Assembly (NCBI GenBank): GCA_044225365.1
Contig: JBGAIQ010000003.1
Coordinates: forward strand, 1-64,000
Direction: 5' to 3'
Length of the DNA: 64,000 bases
DNA from: Planctomycetota bacterium
Lineage (GTDB): Bacteria; Planctomycetota; B15-G4; JADJEK01
Shown: positions 17,931-29,212 of the stretch, piece after piece
Layout: the number at the start of each line of letters is the position of its first letter
How positions within the stretch are numbered: the stretch's first letter is position 1
Translations under genes and position numbers: made by a program
Notes under the pieces: generated by a model
What the model was told of the DNA's origin: nothing
Databases searched by the model: none
Seen by the model: only the letters and a program-made list of their open reading frames with translations

Positions 17931-20719
17931 GCGACGCCAGGATCGACGAAGTCTCGCGGTCGGATCGCGAATCCCATTCCGCAGGGACCGCCGCCGAACG
18001 TCTTGCTCGTCTCGAGGCGCATTTCCACACCGTGCTCGAACTCGAGCTGGATGCGCGGGACGCCTACGTGCGGGACGTCGCGGCGATCGACTGCAACCTC
18101 GCAACGGAGCTCGCAGGACTCCTGCGCGCACACGACTCCGACGCCGTCCTCGACTCGCCGCTGCTCACCGGTCCGGGCGTCTTGCTCGCCGGAACCGAGG
18201 TCGTGGGTGCGTATCACCTCGTCGGGATTCGCGGCGCGGGAGCTTCCGGCGTCGTCTACGAGGCGAAGCGTGCCGGCTCCGACGTGCCGGTCGCACTCAA
18301 GATCCTGCATCTCGAGAGCACGGAAGGATCGTCGACCTGCGGTCCGATCGGTATCGAACGAGAGCTCGAAAGCCTGTCGCGAGTGATGGACCCGAGCATC
18401 GCACGCGTGCTCGATCACGGAGTCTTCGCCGACGGGCGGCCGTACATCGCTACCGAGCTCGCGAGAGGAATCACCCTCGCGGCATGGGCACGGTCGCACG
18501 CGCCGTCCCTCGCCACGCGAACGCGGGTGATCTCACGAGTCGCGCGAGCCGTGCATGCCGCCCACGAAGCCGGCGTGGTCCATCGCGATCTCAAGCCCTC
18601 GAACATCCTCGTCCTCGATCGCCAGGATCGTGAATGCGATCCCGAGGTGAAGGTGATCGACTTCGGGATCGCACGGCTGCTCCCTCGAGAGGATGTTGCG
18701 GCATCCCCAACGCTCGGCGGGACCGGCCGCCTGCTCGGCACGCTCGCGTACATGAGTCCCGAACAGACGCGCGACGCACGCACGGTCGATGCGCGCAGCG
18801 ATATCTATTCGCTCGGCGTGGTGCTGCACGAACTCCTCACCGGATCGCTGCCCTATCGCGTCGACGACGTGCCGATCGACGTCGCGGTGGATCGCATTCG
18901 CCGCGAGATCGGGAAGCCCCTCGATCACTTCGACGCGAGCGTGCCGCGGCCGCTGTCGGACATCGTTCGTCAGGCCATCGAGAAGGACTCGGCACGGCGC
19001 TACGCCACGGCGGCCGAATTCGCGGACGATCTCGATCGCCAGCGCATCGGCGAACCCGTGCGCGCCCGAACACCGAGCCTGCCGGATCGCGCCGTGCGTT
19101 TCGTTTCCCTGCATCCGCGGCTCGTCGCGTCGATCGCTGCGGTGGCCACACTCGTTCTCGCGACGACCCTCGTCGTGGTCCTCGCTGGCGAACGCGCACG
19201 CATCGAGAGGCAACGCGCCGACGCGATCGGCGCGACCGAAGCGCGCATTCGCTCGCTCCTGCTCGGCGCGATCGGCGCCGTGGGTGAACGTTGGGCCAGT
19301 TCGCACATCGTCACGCTCCGCGAGTTCGCCGACTCGGCCGCGGCGCGCCTCGACGAGATCTACCCGGCGATCGATCCGATCGAGGACGAACGCGTCGGCA
19401 TGCAACAGGTCTTCGGTTCGATGTACCTTGCGCTCGGCGTACTCGAACGCGCCGAGCCCCTGCTCGCTGCCGTGTACGATGCGCGTCGAGCCCGTCTCGG
19501 ACCGGACCATCCCGATACCATCGACGCTCTCGACAAGCTCGCGCGCGCGCGAATGCTGCGAGGCGATCATCGCTTCGGTCGCGAGTCGTTCGAGCGCATC
19601 GCCGCCTGGTGTCGCGGGAAGAAGGGCGAGGAACTCCGCCTCGTGAACACCCTGCGCGCCCAGTTCGGAATCCTCATACAGAACGGCGACGTCGATGCCG
19701 CGAGCCGCTGCGTCGACGAGGTCTTCGTTCGAAGCGGCGATCCGTCCGTCGCGGGTTCCGACTCCATCCTCTTCTCCCACATCGACGCAGCGCTGATCGA
19801 CCGCATGCGCGGAGATCTCGGATCCGCGGAGAAACGCCTGCGAACCGCCGAGGAGTCGTTCATCGCGCGCTACTCCGACCATCACAAGGGCGTGGCGCAG
19901 TGCGAACTCGAACTCGGGAACCTCGCGATCGCGAGGTCACGCTTCGAAGAGGCGCTCGATCACTTCTCACGCGCGCACAAGATCTCGCTCGAAACGAACG
20001 GCGGAAGCGATCCGATGACGGGCAGCCTGCTCGCGCTCATCGCGCAGAGCGAGTCGGCCCTCGGACGGTGCAGCGACGCCGAACGCGACTTCGACGAAGG
20101 CGCGCGCGTCCTCCGCGCCACGTTCGGGAACGACGATCCGAACGTCGCCTCGATCGAGATGCAGCTCGGGGCGCTCTGTCTCGCAAAGGGCGACATCGAG
20201 CCCGCGGGCAGACACGTCGATGCAGCGATCACGAGCTTCACCGCGATCCAGGGCGAGAACGGCGCGCTCCTCGTCGAAGCCCTCGAGGTGAAGGCGCAGA
20301 TCGTCGCCCCTTCCGATGCCGGAGAGGCGAAGCGCCTACTCGAGCGCGCCGAGTCGATCGCGCAGGCCCATCCCGAGAAGGCCTTGTCACTCTCTCGGAT
20401 CCGGCTGCGACGGGGCGTGCTGGAACTCGCGAGCGGGGATCCAGCGTCCGGGATCGCATGGCTCGAACGATCGCTCGCGGTGAATGTCCCCGACGTTCGC
20501 GAGGCCGACGAACTCCGCGTCGCGACGCTCACGATCCTCGGCAAGACGGATCTCGATTCCGGGCGACGGGAAACCGCCGCGTCGCGCTTCCACGAGGCGT
20601 TGACCATCGCAGCGGCCAAAGGACTCACGGACAAGGAGAAGGTGCTTTCGAGCTTGCTGGCGAGCCTTCCCCGCCCCGAGGGAACGGAGAAAACCAAGAA
20701 ATCTCCGGAGAATCCGTGA
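17927..20719 (+). CDS. Serine/threonine protein kinase with TM and C-terminal TPR repeats
   Basis: GAGASGVVY, VALK, HRDLKPSN, DFG, GTLAYMSPEQ and LGPDHPDT TPRs. ATGA overlap with the sigma factor. Confidence 0.92.
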   Translation: MSDARIDEVSRSDRESHSAGTAAERLARLEAHFHTVLELELDARDAYVRDVAAIDCNLATELAGLLRAHDSDAVLDSPLLTGPGVLLAGTEVVGAYHLVGIRGAGASGVVYEAKRAGSDVPVALKILHLESTEGSSTCGPIGIERELESLSRVMDPSIARVLDHGVFADGRPYIATELARGITLAAWARSHAPSLATRTRVISRVARAVHAAHEAGVVHRDLKPSNILVLDRQDRECDPEVKVIDFGIARLLPREDVAASPTLGGTGRLLGTLAYMSPEQTRDARTVDARSDIYSLGVVLHELLTGSLPYRVDDVPIDVAVDRIRREIGKPLDHFDASVPRPLSDIVRQAIEKDSARRYATAAEFADDLDRQRIGEPVRARTPSLPDRAVRFVSLHPRLVASIAAVATLVLATTLVVVLAGERARIERQRADAIGATEARIRSLLLGAIGAVGERWASSHIVTLREFADSAAARLDEIYPAIDPIEDERVGMQQVFGSMYLALGVLERAEPLLAAVYDARRARLGPDHPDTIDALDKLARARMLRGDHRFGRESFERIAAWCRGKKGEELRLVNTLRAQFGILIQNGDVDAASRCVDEVFVRSGDPSVAGSDSILFSHIDAALIDRMRGDLGSAEKRLRTAEESFIARYSDHHKGVAQCELELGNLAIARSRFEEALDHFSRAHKISLETNGGSDPMTGSLLALIAQSESALGRCSDAERDFDEGARVLRATFGNDDPNVASIEMQLGALCLAKGDIEPAGRHVDAAITSFTAIQGENGALLVEALEVKAQIVAPSDAGEAKRLLERAESIAQAHPEKALSLSRIRLRRGVLELASGDPASGIAWLERSLAVNVPDVREADELRVATLTILGKTDLDSGRRETAASRFHEALTIAAAKGLTDKEKVLSSLLASLPRPEGTEKTKKSPENP

Positions 20720-20870
20720 TCCCGCCGCCTGCTCGGCAGCGAGTTGGCGACGGGCGCGCTCCGATCCTAGTCTGCCCCACCGTGATCGTCACGGTACCGG
20801 TTCGCGAGCGCGCCTCACTTGCGAGCCAGCCCGGTTCCCAGAACTCGAAGCGCCGCGCGAGAAGTCGGGT

Positions 20871-20876
20871 TATGAT
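20871..20876 (+). promoter_or_regulatory. Sigma-70 -10 box, probable leaderless transcript
   Basis: TATGAT 6 nt before GTG 20883. Confidence 0.55.
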
Positions 20877-20882
20877 CTGCGC

Positions 20883-21488
20883 GTGGATCCATTCGAGAAC
20901 GACGTAACGCACCTGCTCCATCGCATCGGCGAAGGGGATCCTTCCGCCGCCAACGAGCTCTTCCCGCTCCTCGTCCACCAGTTGCGGAACATCGCCGAGC
21001 ACCACCTGCGCGACCAACGCGTCGGGCATACCTTGCAGCCGACAGCCCTCGTCAACGAAGCCTGGCTGCGACTGCGCCGCCAGCAGGGCGATCTGTGGGA
21101 GGGACGCAAGGCCTTCTTCGCCGTTGCTTCGCGCGCGATGCGATCGGTGCTCGTCGATCACGCGCGCGCCCGTTCGGCCGCCAAGCGATCCGCCGGCAAC
21201 CGCGTGCAGCTCTCCGAAACGCTCGTCGCACTCGAGACCGCGCCGGTCGATGTCCTTGCACTCGATGAGGCGCTGACCGAACTGGCACGAGTCGACGTCG
21301 AGCTCGAGAGGATCGTCGACCTCCTCTTCTTCGGCGGGCTCTCGACCGAGGAAGCCGCGGAGGTCCTGAGTTGTAGTCCTCGCACCGTCCAACGCGGCTG
21401 GCGAACCGCGCGCGCTTGGTTGTCGGCCCGCCTCTTTCCTGACGAATCCTCGCGGGGAACCGAACGCGACCCCCTCGCCGATTCCTGA
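20883..21488 (+). CDS. ECF sigma factor (TIGR02999/Sigma70_ECF type)
   Basis: VTHLLHRIGEGD, HTLQPTALVNEAWLRL, AMRSVLVDHAR and TVQRGWRTARAWL. Confidence 0.93.
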   Translation: MDPFENDVTHLLHRIGEGDPSAANELFPLLVHQLRNIAEHHLRDQRVGHTLQPTALVNEAWLRLRRQQGDLWEGRKAFFAVASRAMRSVLVDHARARSAAKRSAGNRVQLSETLVALETAPVDVLALDEALTELARVDVELERIVDLLFFGGLSTEEAAEVLSCSPRTVQRGWRTARAWLSARLFPDESSRGTERDPLADS

Positions 21489-21509
21489 AGCCTGTCACGG
21501 ACCGCACCC

Positions 21510-24014
21510 TTGAAGTCGACCGGCGATCCCGATTTCTCGAAGGTGCGCCGAATCTTCGAAGGGGCGATCGAGCTGTCGGGAGCCGCGCGCGATTCCTACC
21601 TCGATCGAGAATGCGGAGACGATCTCGCACTGCGAAGTGCTGTCCTCCAGCTCATCGCCGCCGATGAACGGGCCGCGACCGCTCGGCTCGACGACGCCGT
21701 TGCGCCGGCGAAAGACGCGTTCCTTTCCGATCTCGACGACCCCCTCGGCGGATCGGCCGAACGGATCGGTGGACTATTCGAGATCGAACGTCGGCTCGCG
21801 TCGGGCGGCATGGGAGTCGTCTACCTCGCGCGGCAGCACTCGCCGAACCGCACCATTGCGCTGAAGGTGCTCAAACCGGCCTATTCGACCGCGAGCGCGA
21901 TTCGTCGGTTCACCGTCGAATCCGAGATCCTCGCGCGTCTCGAACATCCGGGGATCGCGCAGGTCTTCGCCTCGGGCGTTCATGATCTGACGAGCGGGAC
22001 GATTCGCCTCGCGTTGCCGTGGTACGCGATGGAGTACCTCGAGGGCGCGACGAACCTCCTCGATCACGCGCAGGCATGCGCTCTGTCGTTGAACGCGAGA
22101 CTCGAACTCTTCGCTCGTGTCTGCGACGCCGTCCACCACGCTCACCGACTCGGTGTCATCCATCGCGATCTGAAGCCCGGGAACATCCTCGTGACGAAGG
22201 AAGGCGCCCCGAAGATCATCGACTTCGGGATCGCACGCGCGATCGCTCCGGGGCACGAGAAGGAGACCATGCACACGAGTCCCGGCGAACTCGTCGGAAC
22301 GCTGCGATACATGGCGCCGGAACAACTCGACGCGGATCCCACGCGCATCGACGTTCGCACGGATGTCTACGCGCTCGGCATCGTCCTCTACGAGTTGCTC
22401 GTCGGTTCGCCACCGCACGACGTGAAGAGCCTCTCGCTCACGGACGCGGCGCGCATCCTGCGCGAGGAAGAAGTCGAGAGGCCGTCGCGCAGGCGGCGCG
22501 AGCTACGCGGCGAACCCGAGTGGATCGTGCTGCGGGCGCTCGAGAAGGAACCCGATCGTCGCTACGCATCGGCGAAGGAGTTCGCGGACGACGTGCGCCG
22601 CTTCTTGAACCACGAGCCCCTGCTCGCGGGGCCTCCGAGCATCGTGTATCGGACGCGCAAGCTCGTGCGGCGCCATCGTCTCGCGGTCGCCATCGGAACG
22701 CTCCTGTTCGCGAGCCTCGTCGGATGGTCGATCTCGACGCGAATCGCGCTCGCTCGTACCGAGCGCGCGGAAGCGGCGGCCACGCGCGGGCTCTCGAAAT
22801 CGCAACATACCGTCGAGTTCATGACCGCGCTCGTTCAAGGGCTCGGGGAGCGCGGCTCGGCCTCCGCAACGGAGATCGACCGCGCGCTCGATCACTCCGC
22901 GGGAATGATCGATCGGATGTTCCACGACGATCCCGACGTCGCGTCCGCGCTCCACGACACGCTCGCGACGCTCTTGCGCCGCCGCGGCCGGTTCGACGAT
23001 GCGGCGAAGGAGATCCGCCTCGGCATCGACCTCTTGGAGAAGGCCGGTCTCGGCGACACCGATGACGCCCAGATCTTGCGAAGCACGCTCTCCGACACAC
23101 TTCGTTCCGGTGGCAACGACAAGGACTCGAAGGCTGCGGTGGCCGACGAACCGTCCTCGGACGCCATCGAGAACGAGACGATCACGATCCAGCTCGCCTA
23201 CTCCAAAGCCGTCGTCGACCTCTTCGATGGCCGCTTCGCGAGCGCCGAACCGAAGCTGCGTGCGCTCTACGAACGCGCATCCGCGCTCGAAGCGGAACCG
23301 TGCCTGATCTCCCTCGTCGAGAACGCGTACTCGATCACCCTGCGTGAGCTCGACCGTCTCGACGAGTCCGAGAAGTACGCTCGCGAGAGCTGCCGCCTCG
23401 AGCGCATCTCGCACGGCGAGCGCCATCAGCACCCTCTCAACTCGGATCACAATCTCGCGATCGTGCTGCTCGCCGAGGGTCGCCTCGACGAGAGCCGCGA
23501 TCTACTCGAGAAGACGCTCGCGGTGCAGAAGGAAGTGCTCGGGGCGGACAACGCCCGCACGCTCGTCACGCAGTTCTCGCTCGGCAAGGTGCTGCGCGTT
23601 CTGGGCAAGAAGGACGAGGCCGCGCGAATCGTCGAGGCCACTCTCGGCAAGCAGACCGAAACGCTCGGCGAGAAGCATCCGGATCGATTGAAGACCGTCG
23701 CGTTGGCGGCGGTCCTCGATCGCGAACAAGGACGCCCCGAGGCGGCCGAACAGCGCCTCCGCGAGGCGCTCGCGGTCTCCGCGGAGGCCCAACCCGAGGG
23801 ATCGTTCGGTCGCGCGATCCTGCACGCGGAGCACGCTCGCTGTCTCGTCGCACTGAACCGCGCTCTGGAGGCCGAAGCCGAGTTCCTCGCCGCGATCGCA
23901 ACGATGGACTCGACCTGCGGAAAGGACCATGCACGGCGGCGCGAGGTCGCGAAGGACCTCGTCGCCCTATACGAGAGCCTCGGTCGCAAGGACGATGCGG
24001 CGCACTATCGCTGA
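21510..24014 (+). CDS. Serine/threonine protein kinase with TM and TPR repeats
   Basis: SGGMGVVY, ALK, LEHPGIA, HRDLKPGN, DFG, GTLRYMAPEQ and LGEKHPD TPRs. Confidence 0.93.
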   Translation: MKSTGDPDFSKVRRIFEGAIELSGAARDSYLDRECGDDLALRSAVLQLIAADERAATARLDDAVAPAKDAFLSDLDDPLGGSAERIGGLFEIERRLASGGMGVVYLARQHSPNRTIALKVLKPAYSTASAIRRFTVESEILARLEHPGIAQVFASGVHDLTSGTIRLALPWYAMEYLEGATNLLDHAQACALSLNARLELFARVCDAVHHAHRLGVIHRDLKPGNILVTKEGAPKIIDFGIARAIAPGHEKETMHTSPGELVGTLRYMAPEQLDADPTRIDVRTDVYALGIVLYELLVGSPPHDVKSLSLTDAARILREEEVERPSRRRRELRGEPEWIVLRALEKEPDRRYASAKEFADDVRRFLNHEPLLAGPPSIVYRTRKLVRRHRLAVAIGTLLFASLVGWSISTRIALARTERAEAAATRGLSKSQHTVEFMTALVQGLGERGSASATEIDRALDHSAGMIDRMFHDDPDVASALHDTLATLLRRRGRFDDAAKEIRLGIDLLEKAGLGDTDDAQILRSTLSDTLRSGGNDKDSKAAVADEPSSDAIENETITIQLAYSKAVVDLFDGRFASAEPKLRALYERASALEAEPCLISLVENAYSITLRELDRLDESEKYARESCRLERISHGERHQHPLNSDHNLAIVLLAEGRLDESRDLLEKTLAVQKEVLGADNARTLVTQFSLGKVLRVLGKKDEAARIVEATLGKQTETLGEKHPDRLKTVALAAVLDREQGRPEAAEQRLREALAVSAEAQPEGSFGRAILHAEHARCLVALNRALEAEAEFLAAIATMDSTCGKDHARRREVAKDLVALYESLGRKDDAAHYR

Positions 24015-24125
24015 GGAGCAGCCCCGGTCCGCGTGCGCTCGCCACTTTACGCCGCCCGCGTCAAAGGCCAGAATCTCGGGTTCTCGAACCGTTCCCGGAA
24101 GTCCAGAACAGCAAGGGCCGAGGCC

Positions 24126-25986
24126 ATGACCGCGACCGCAGAGAAGCACGAATTCCAGGCCGAGACGAAGAAGCTCCTCGACCTGATGATCCATTCGCTC
24201 TACCGCAACAAGGAGATCTTCCTGCGAGAGTTGATCTCGAATGCGTCCGACGCGCTCGACAAGCTCCGCTTCGAAGCTCTCACGAATCCCGCGCTGTACG
24301 AAGGGGACGACCGACTCCACATTCGAATCGACCGCGATGCCGAGGATCACGAACTCGTGATCTACGACAACGGGATCGGGATGACCAAGGACGAGGTCGT
24401 GAAGAACATCGGCACGATCGCTCGCTCCGGAACGCAGGAGTTCACCGAGCGACTGAAGAAGGCGGCGCAATCGGCGAAGCCGGGCGAGAGTTCCGGTTCG
24501 GAACTCCCCGAGCTCATTGGTCAGTTCGGTGTCGGCTTCTACTCGTGCTTCATGGTCGCGGACGAGGTCACGCTCGACACGCGGCGTGCAGGTGAGAAGA
24601 AGGGCGTGCGATGGAAGAGTCGCGGCGACGGGAACTACACGATCGAGGAGATCGACAAGAAGGATCACGGCACGACGATCACGCTCTCGCTGAAGCTGCC
24701 GCCGCCGGGCGCGCCCGATTCGGGTCCGGAATCCGTTCCCGACTTCACTGAGGAATGGCGGATCCGCGACATCGTGCGCCGCTATTCCGATTTCGTGTCG
24801 TGGCCGATCGAGATGGATGTCGAGCGCGAGGAATCGGCCGAGCCAGCGTCCGACGAGAAGGACGCGAAGAAGGACAAGAAGACGATCGTCGTCCGCGAGA
24901 CGCTGAACTCGATGCGACCGCTTTGGACGCGCTCGCCATCCGACATCAAGCCCGAGGAATACGCCGAGTTCTACAAGCACCTGACCCACGACTGGGAACC
25001 GCCGCGGGAGACGATCCACTTCAAGGTCGAAGGTGCGCTCGAGTACAGCTCGCTCCTGTACGTTCCGTCGCATCGCTCGTTCGACTGGATGGAGACCCAG
25101 CAATCGCAGAAGTCCCACGTCACGCTCTACGTGAAGCGGGTTGCAGAAGAAGCTCGTATCGAAGGTCCTCGAAGCGCTGAAGAAGACCCTGGAGACCGAT
25201 CGCGAGAAGTACCGCTCGTTCTTCCAGGATTTCGGCGCCGTCCTGAAGGAAGGCATCTACCACGGTGTCGCAGGAGCGACGAGCGAGGACGACACGCGAA
25301 AGGAAGTCGCGCGCATCGCGCTCTTCGCGAGTACGGGCGAAGGACAGGACACGACGCTCGCGGAGTACATCGAGCGAATGCCGGTCTCGCAGAAGGCGAT
25401 CTACTATCTCGCCGGCGAGGATCGTGCGACGCTCGCGCGTTCGCCCCACCTCGAAGCGTTCAAGAAGAAGGGCTTCGAAGTTCTGCTCCTCACCGATCCG
25501 GTCGACGAGTTCGCGTTCTCGCGCCTCCGCGAGTTCGAGGGTCGCGAGCTGAAATCGGCCGAGCGCGGAGGGCTCGATTTCGAGACGACGGAGGACAAGG
25601 ACGCGCGAGCCAAGAACAAGGCGTCCCTGCAGCCCGTCGCGGAGGCTCTGAAGGGGGCGCTCAAGGACCGCGTGGGAGACGTTCGCTTCGGCGATCGACT
25701 CACCGACAGCGTCGCGGTCCTCGTGACGGACGAGCATGGGCTCACGCCGCAGATGCTGCGCGTGCTCAAGGAATCGAAGCAGAACGCTCCGGAGAACAAG
25801 CGCATCCTCGAGCTGAATCCCGATCATCCCCTCATCAAGAAGCTCGATGCGATCAAGGACGACTCGGGCCGGGTCGCCGATTTCGCCGAGATCCTGCTCG
25901 GGCAAGCGCTCGTCGCTGAAGGTCAGCGTCCCGAAGATCCCGTGCGCTTCAACCAACTCGTGACGCGATTCATGCTCGGTGAGTGA
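24126..25986 (+). pseudogene. htpG: Molecular chaperone HtpG (Hsp90) with internal deletion and frameshift at about 25140 (pseudogene or assembly error)
   Basis: HEFQAE..IHSLY..IFLRELISNASDA, DNGIGMT and IGQFGVGFYS run up to LYVKR. The C-terminal half (FGAVLKEG, SPHLE, DPVDE, ILELNPDHP) resumes in another frame at 25141, and the DLPLNVSRE segment is absent. Confidence 0.88.
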
Positions 25987-26011
25987 CCGGCGACTCGCCG
26001 TGGAGGGCCCG

Positions 26012-26950
26012 ATGTCGGATCCCGCATCGAACGACGAGCGGCTCGCCGCGGCGCGCGCCTTCCTGCTGGCGTTCCAGGACAGCGTGTGCGAAGCGCTCGA
26101 ACTCGAGGACGGCACTCAGCGATTCCGCCGCGAGGAGATCACGCGCGAGGGCGGCGGATTCTCACGGCCCCGGGTGCTCGACGGCGGCGCCGTGATCGAG
26201 CGCGCTGCCGTCAACTTCTCGCACACGATCGGAAGGCGACTCCCCGCGGCCGCGACGGAGCGGCGGAAGGAACTCGCCGGCGCCGACTACGAGGCGGTAT
26301 CGGTCTCGCTGATCGTCCACCCGGCAAACCCCTACGCTCCGACCACACACGCGAACTTCCGCTGCTTCGTGGCCAAGGCCGATGGCAAGCCCGTCGCGAG
26401 TTGGTTCGGTGGCGGATACGACTTGACGCCGTACTACGGGTTCGACGCCGATTGCGAGCACTGGCACCGCACTGCGAAGGCGGCGTGCGACGCGATCGCG
26501 CCCGACCTCCATCCGCGATTCAAGGCGGCGTGCGACCGCTACTTCTTCCTCCCGCATCGCGGCGAACCACGCGGGATCGGCGGCGTCTTCTTCGACGATT
26601 TCGAAGAAGGCGGCTTCGAGCGTGCGTTCCTCGTCATGCGCACGCTCGCCTCGAGCTTCCTTCCCGCGTACTTGCCAATCCTCGACGCCCGCAAGGCGAT
26701 GCCCTACACCGATCGCGAGCGGTCGTTCCAACTGTACCGGCGCGGCCGTTACGTCGAGTTCAACCTCCTCCTCGATCGCGGCACCCGCTTCGGTCTCGAA
26801 GCCGGCGGACGCACCGAGTCGATCCTCGCGTCGCTTCCGCCGCTCGTTCGCTTCGCCTACGAATACGCGCCGCCTCCGGGATCGGAGGAAGCGCGTTTGT
26901 ACGAACGTTATCTCGTTCCGCGCGACTGGGCGTCCAGCGGCGGTCCGTGA
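26012..26950 (+). CDS. hemF: Oxygen-dependent coproporphyrinogen III oxidase
   Basis: VSLIVHPANPYAPTTHANFR, WFGGGYDLTP, RGIGGVFFDD and RRGRYVEFNL..DRGT.FGL. GGAGG at 26002. Confidence 0.96.
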   Translation: MSDPASNDERLAAARAFLLAFQDSVCEALELEDGTQRFRREEITREGGGFSRPRVLDGGAVIERAAVNFSHTIGRRLPAAATERRKELAGADYEAVSVSLIVHPANPYAPTTHANFRCFVAKADGKPVASWFGGGYDLTPYYGFDADCEHWHRTAKAACDAIAPDLHPRFKAACDRYFFLPHRGEPRGIGGVFFDDFEEGGFERAFLVMRTLASSFLPAYLPILDARKAMPYTDRERSFQLYRRGRYVEFNLLLDRGTRFGLEAGGRTESILASLPPLVRFAYEYAPPPGSEEARLYERYLVPRDWASSGGP

Positions 26951-26954
26951 TCGC

Positions 26955-28088
26955 TCAGGTCCGGAAGCGGCTCGCGATCTCGCGCATCGTCGCCGCGATC
27001 TGCGCGAGTTCGGCCGTCGTCGAGGTCTGCTCGACGAGGGCACCCGCGATCGCCGCCTGGCGATCATGGATCGATTGCGTCGTCGCGACGATCTCGGAGA
27101 CCGCCTTCACGGCCTCGCTCGTCTCCTTCTGGATCTCTTCGACGCGGGCGCCGATGCTGGTCGTCGCTTCGGACGTCTCCTTCGCCAGGTCCTTCACTTC
27201 GCTCGCCACGACGGCGAAGCCCTTCCCGGCTTCACCGGCGCGCGCGGCCTCGATCGTCGCGTTGAGCGCGAGGAGATTCGTCTGCTCGGCGATCGACGAG
27301 ATCAGTCGCGTCACCTTGCCGATCTCGCGACTCGCCTTCTCGAGGCGAGCGATGACCTCGCCCGTCGACTGCGCGGACTTCAGAGCATCCGCGGCGACCC
27401 GCTCGGCCTCGGTCGTATTGCGCGAGATCTCCTCGGCGGACGCTCGCATCTCCTCCGACGCGGCCGCGAGTGTCTGCGCATTCTCGGTGATGCGGCCGAT
27501 GCTCGAGTGCAGCGTACTCACGAACTGACCGAGACCCTCACCCATCTTGCCGAGTGCGTCCTGACCCGTGACGCTGACCTTGCGCTTCAGATCGCCGGCG
27601 GCCACCGCGGTGATGTCGTCGAGCATCGACGCAACACCTTCGCTCACGCGGCGCTCGAGCTTGATCTTGTCGGACACGTTTGCCCAGCACACGACGTAGG
27701 CGAGGATTTGACCTTCCGGCCCGCGAACACCGTCGATCGAGGTCCGCAGCGTCACGTCGCCGAACGTGAACTCGGCGTCGTGCGGCAGATTGCGTGGATC
27801 GCGCAGCACGGCTTCGACGCGCTTCGGATCGTGATGGAACCGATGGATCGACCCGCCGAGGATCTTGTCGGGCTCGACGTGGAATTGCTCGCGAACCTGA
27901 TGCGCGAACTGGCCGAGCGCCTTCTTCGCGGCACTGTTCGCGTAGATCAATTTGAGGTCGAGGTCAGCGACGAAGACGTTTGCGGGGAGACTCTCGACGA
28001 GCGCACGGATATTGCCGCAATCGTCGAACCATCCCGCGTCCGGACTCGTCGTCTTGCTATCCGCCTTCTTGAAGAACGAGAGCGCCAT
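26955..28088 (-). CDS. Soluble PAS-domain methyl-accepting chemotaxis protein (Aer2-like PAS)
   Basis: [34 protein letters not shown] signature, PAS with IHRFH and a terminal Trp, and no TM segments. Confidence 0.9.
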   Translation of the reverse strand: MALSFFKKADSKTTSPDAGWFDDCGNIRALVESLPANVFVADLDLKLIYANSAAKKALGQFAHQVREQFHVEPDKILGGSIHRFHHDPKRVEAVLRDPRNLPHDAEFTFGDVTLRTSIDGVRGPEGQILAYVVCWANVSDKIKLERRVSEGVASMLDDITAVAAGDLKRKVSVTGQDALGKMGEGLGQFVSTLHSSIGRITENAQTLAAASEEMRASAEEISRNTTEAERVAADALKSAQSTGEVIARLEKASREIGKVTRLISSIAEQTNLLALNATIEAARAGEAGKGFAVVASEVKDLAKETSEATTSIGARVEEIQKETSEAVKAVSEIVATTQSIHDRQAAIAGALVEQTSTTAELAQIAATMREIASRFRT

Positions 28089-28171
28089 CACACCATCTCC
28101 GTTTGTCGTTTCGATGACTCGCGATCGATCGACACGATCGTGCGAATCCAGCCCGGTGACTTCTGCACTGG

Positions 28172-28200
28172 GTTTCGGAGGGAGGTTCGATCGATGTTGA
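28172..28200 (-). promoter_or_regulatory. Putative sigma28-like promoter for the chemoreceptor
   Basis: TCAA-N17-TCCGAAAC on the minus strand. Confidence 0.35.
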
Positions 28201-28251
28201 CGCAATTCAGCGAAGTTCGAGAAACGCGCGAAATCGCGTCCTTTCGCCGTT

Positions 28252-29061
28252 TCAACCGTGAAGCGCCTCGAGGTCCTTCAGAGAAAAACCCGCGGCGCGT
28301 TCATGTCCACCGCCGCCGTACCGCCGCGAGATCTCGGCGACGTCGAGCCCGCCGTCGGTGCTCCGCAACGACACGCGCGCCGAGCCGTCCGGTCGCTCGT
28401 GCCACGCCAAAACGAACTTCTCGCCCTTCGCCAGCGCGTTTCCGACGTAACTCTGGAGCACCGGCGTGTTCACGATCGGAATCTCGTGGCCATCGAATCT
28501 CCCGCGCCGCGCCTGCGCGCAGATCTCCCGCACGAGTTGCCCCTGATATCTGCGAATTGCGACTCCGTCGCGACGCAGGTCCTCCACGGTGAACTGGTCC
28601 CACAACTTGAAGTCGAGCGGATGACTCGCGAGCGCAGCGCTCACCTCCGCACTGTGATCGAGCTTCCAGCGCCACAGATCCTTGTCCTGGATGTAGGCGA
28701 GCAACCGCGGAACATCCGCGCCCGGATGGAAGTGCTCCCAGGCGAGCACGCAACCGCTCTTCTCCATGTCGAAGCGGCAATACGACAATCCTTCGAGATC
28801 GGCCGCTGCGCTCTTGTGATGATCGATGACGAGATACGACGCGGCCTTCGCAGCGAGTTCTTCCGTGATGGCGCGGGGGTGCGCGAAGTCGAGAACGACG
28901 ACATCGCGGCCCTTCACCTCGGGAGCGGGATCGCCGTGGTTCACCGCCAGGTAGTCGGCTCGCGCCCCGTAGCGCTTCCAGGCCGCGAACGCCGCACCGA
29001 AGCCATCGGCGCAATGCGCGTGATAGAGGATGAGAGGACGGTTGCTGCTCACGTTCGTCAT
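28252..29061 (-). CDS. DHH/DHHA1 family phosphoesterase
   Basis: [30 protein letters not shown] and [11 protein letters not shown]. Confidence 0.9.
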   Translation of the reverse strand: MTNVSSNRPLILYHAHCADGFGAAFAAWKRYGARADYLAVNHGDPAPEVKGRDVVVLDFAHPRAITEELAAKAASYLVIDHHKSAAADLEGLSYCRFDMEKSGCVLAWEHFHPGADVPRLLAYIQDKDLWRWKLDHSAEVSAALASHPLDFKLWDQFTVEDLRRDGVAIRRYQGQLVREICAQARRGRFDGHEIPIVNTPVLQSYVGNALAKGEKFVLAWHERPDGSARVSLRSTDGGLDVAEISRRYGGGGHERAAGFSLKDLEALHG

Positions 29062-29212
29062 TGCGGTTCGATCGTTCGGAATGGACGTCGCGGCGCATGC
29101 CGCTTCCCCGGACAGTACTACAGCCGACCGTCGATCCGCGCCGGAGTCAAGCTTCGGTCCGTCGGCACATCTCCGGACCGCCACGCTCCATTGTGGCATC
29201 TTCCTCCAATTC

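Noticed and set aside
25120-25160. Programmed frameshift in htpG
   Set aside because: There is no slippery sequence, and about 44 conserved codons are absent, so a frameshift alone cannot restore the protein.
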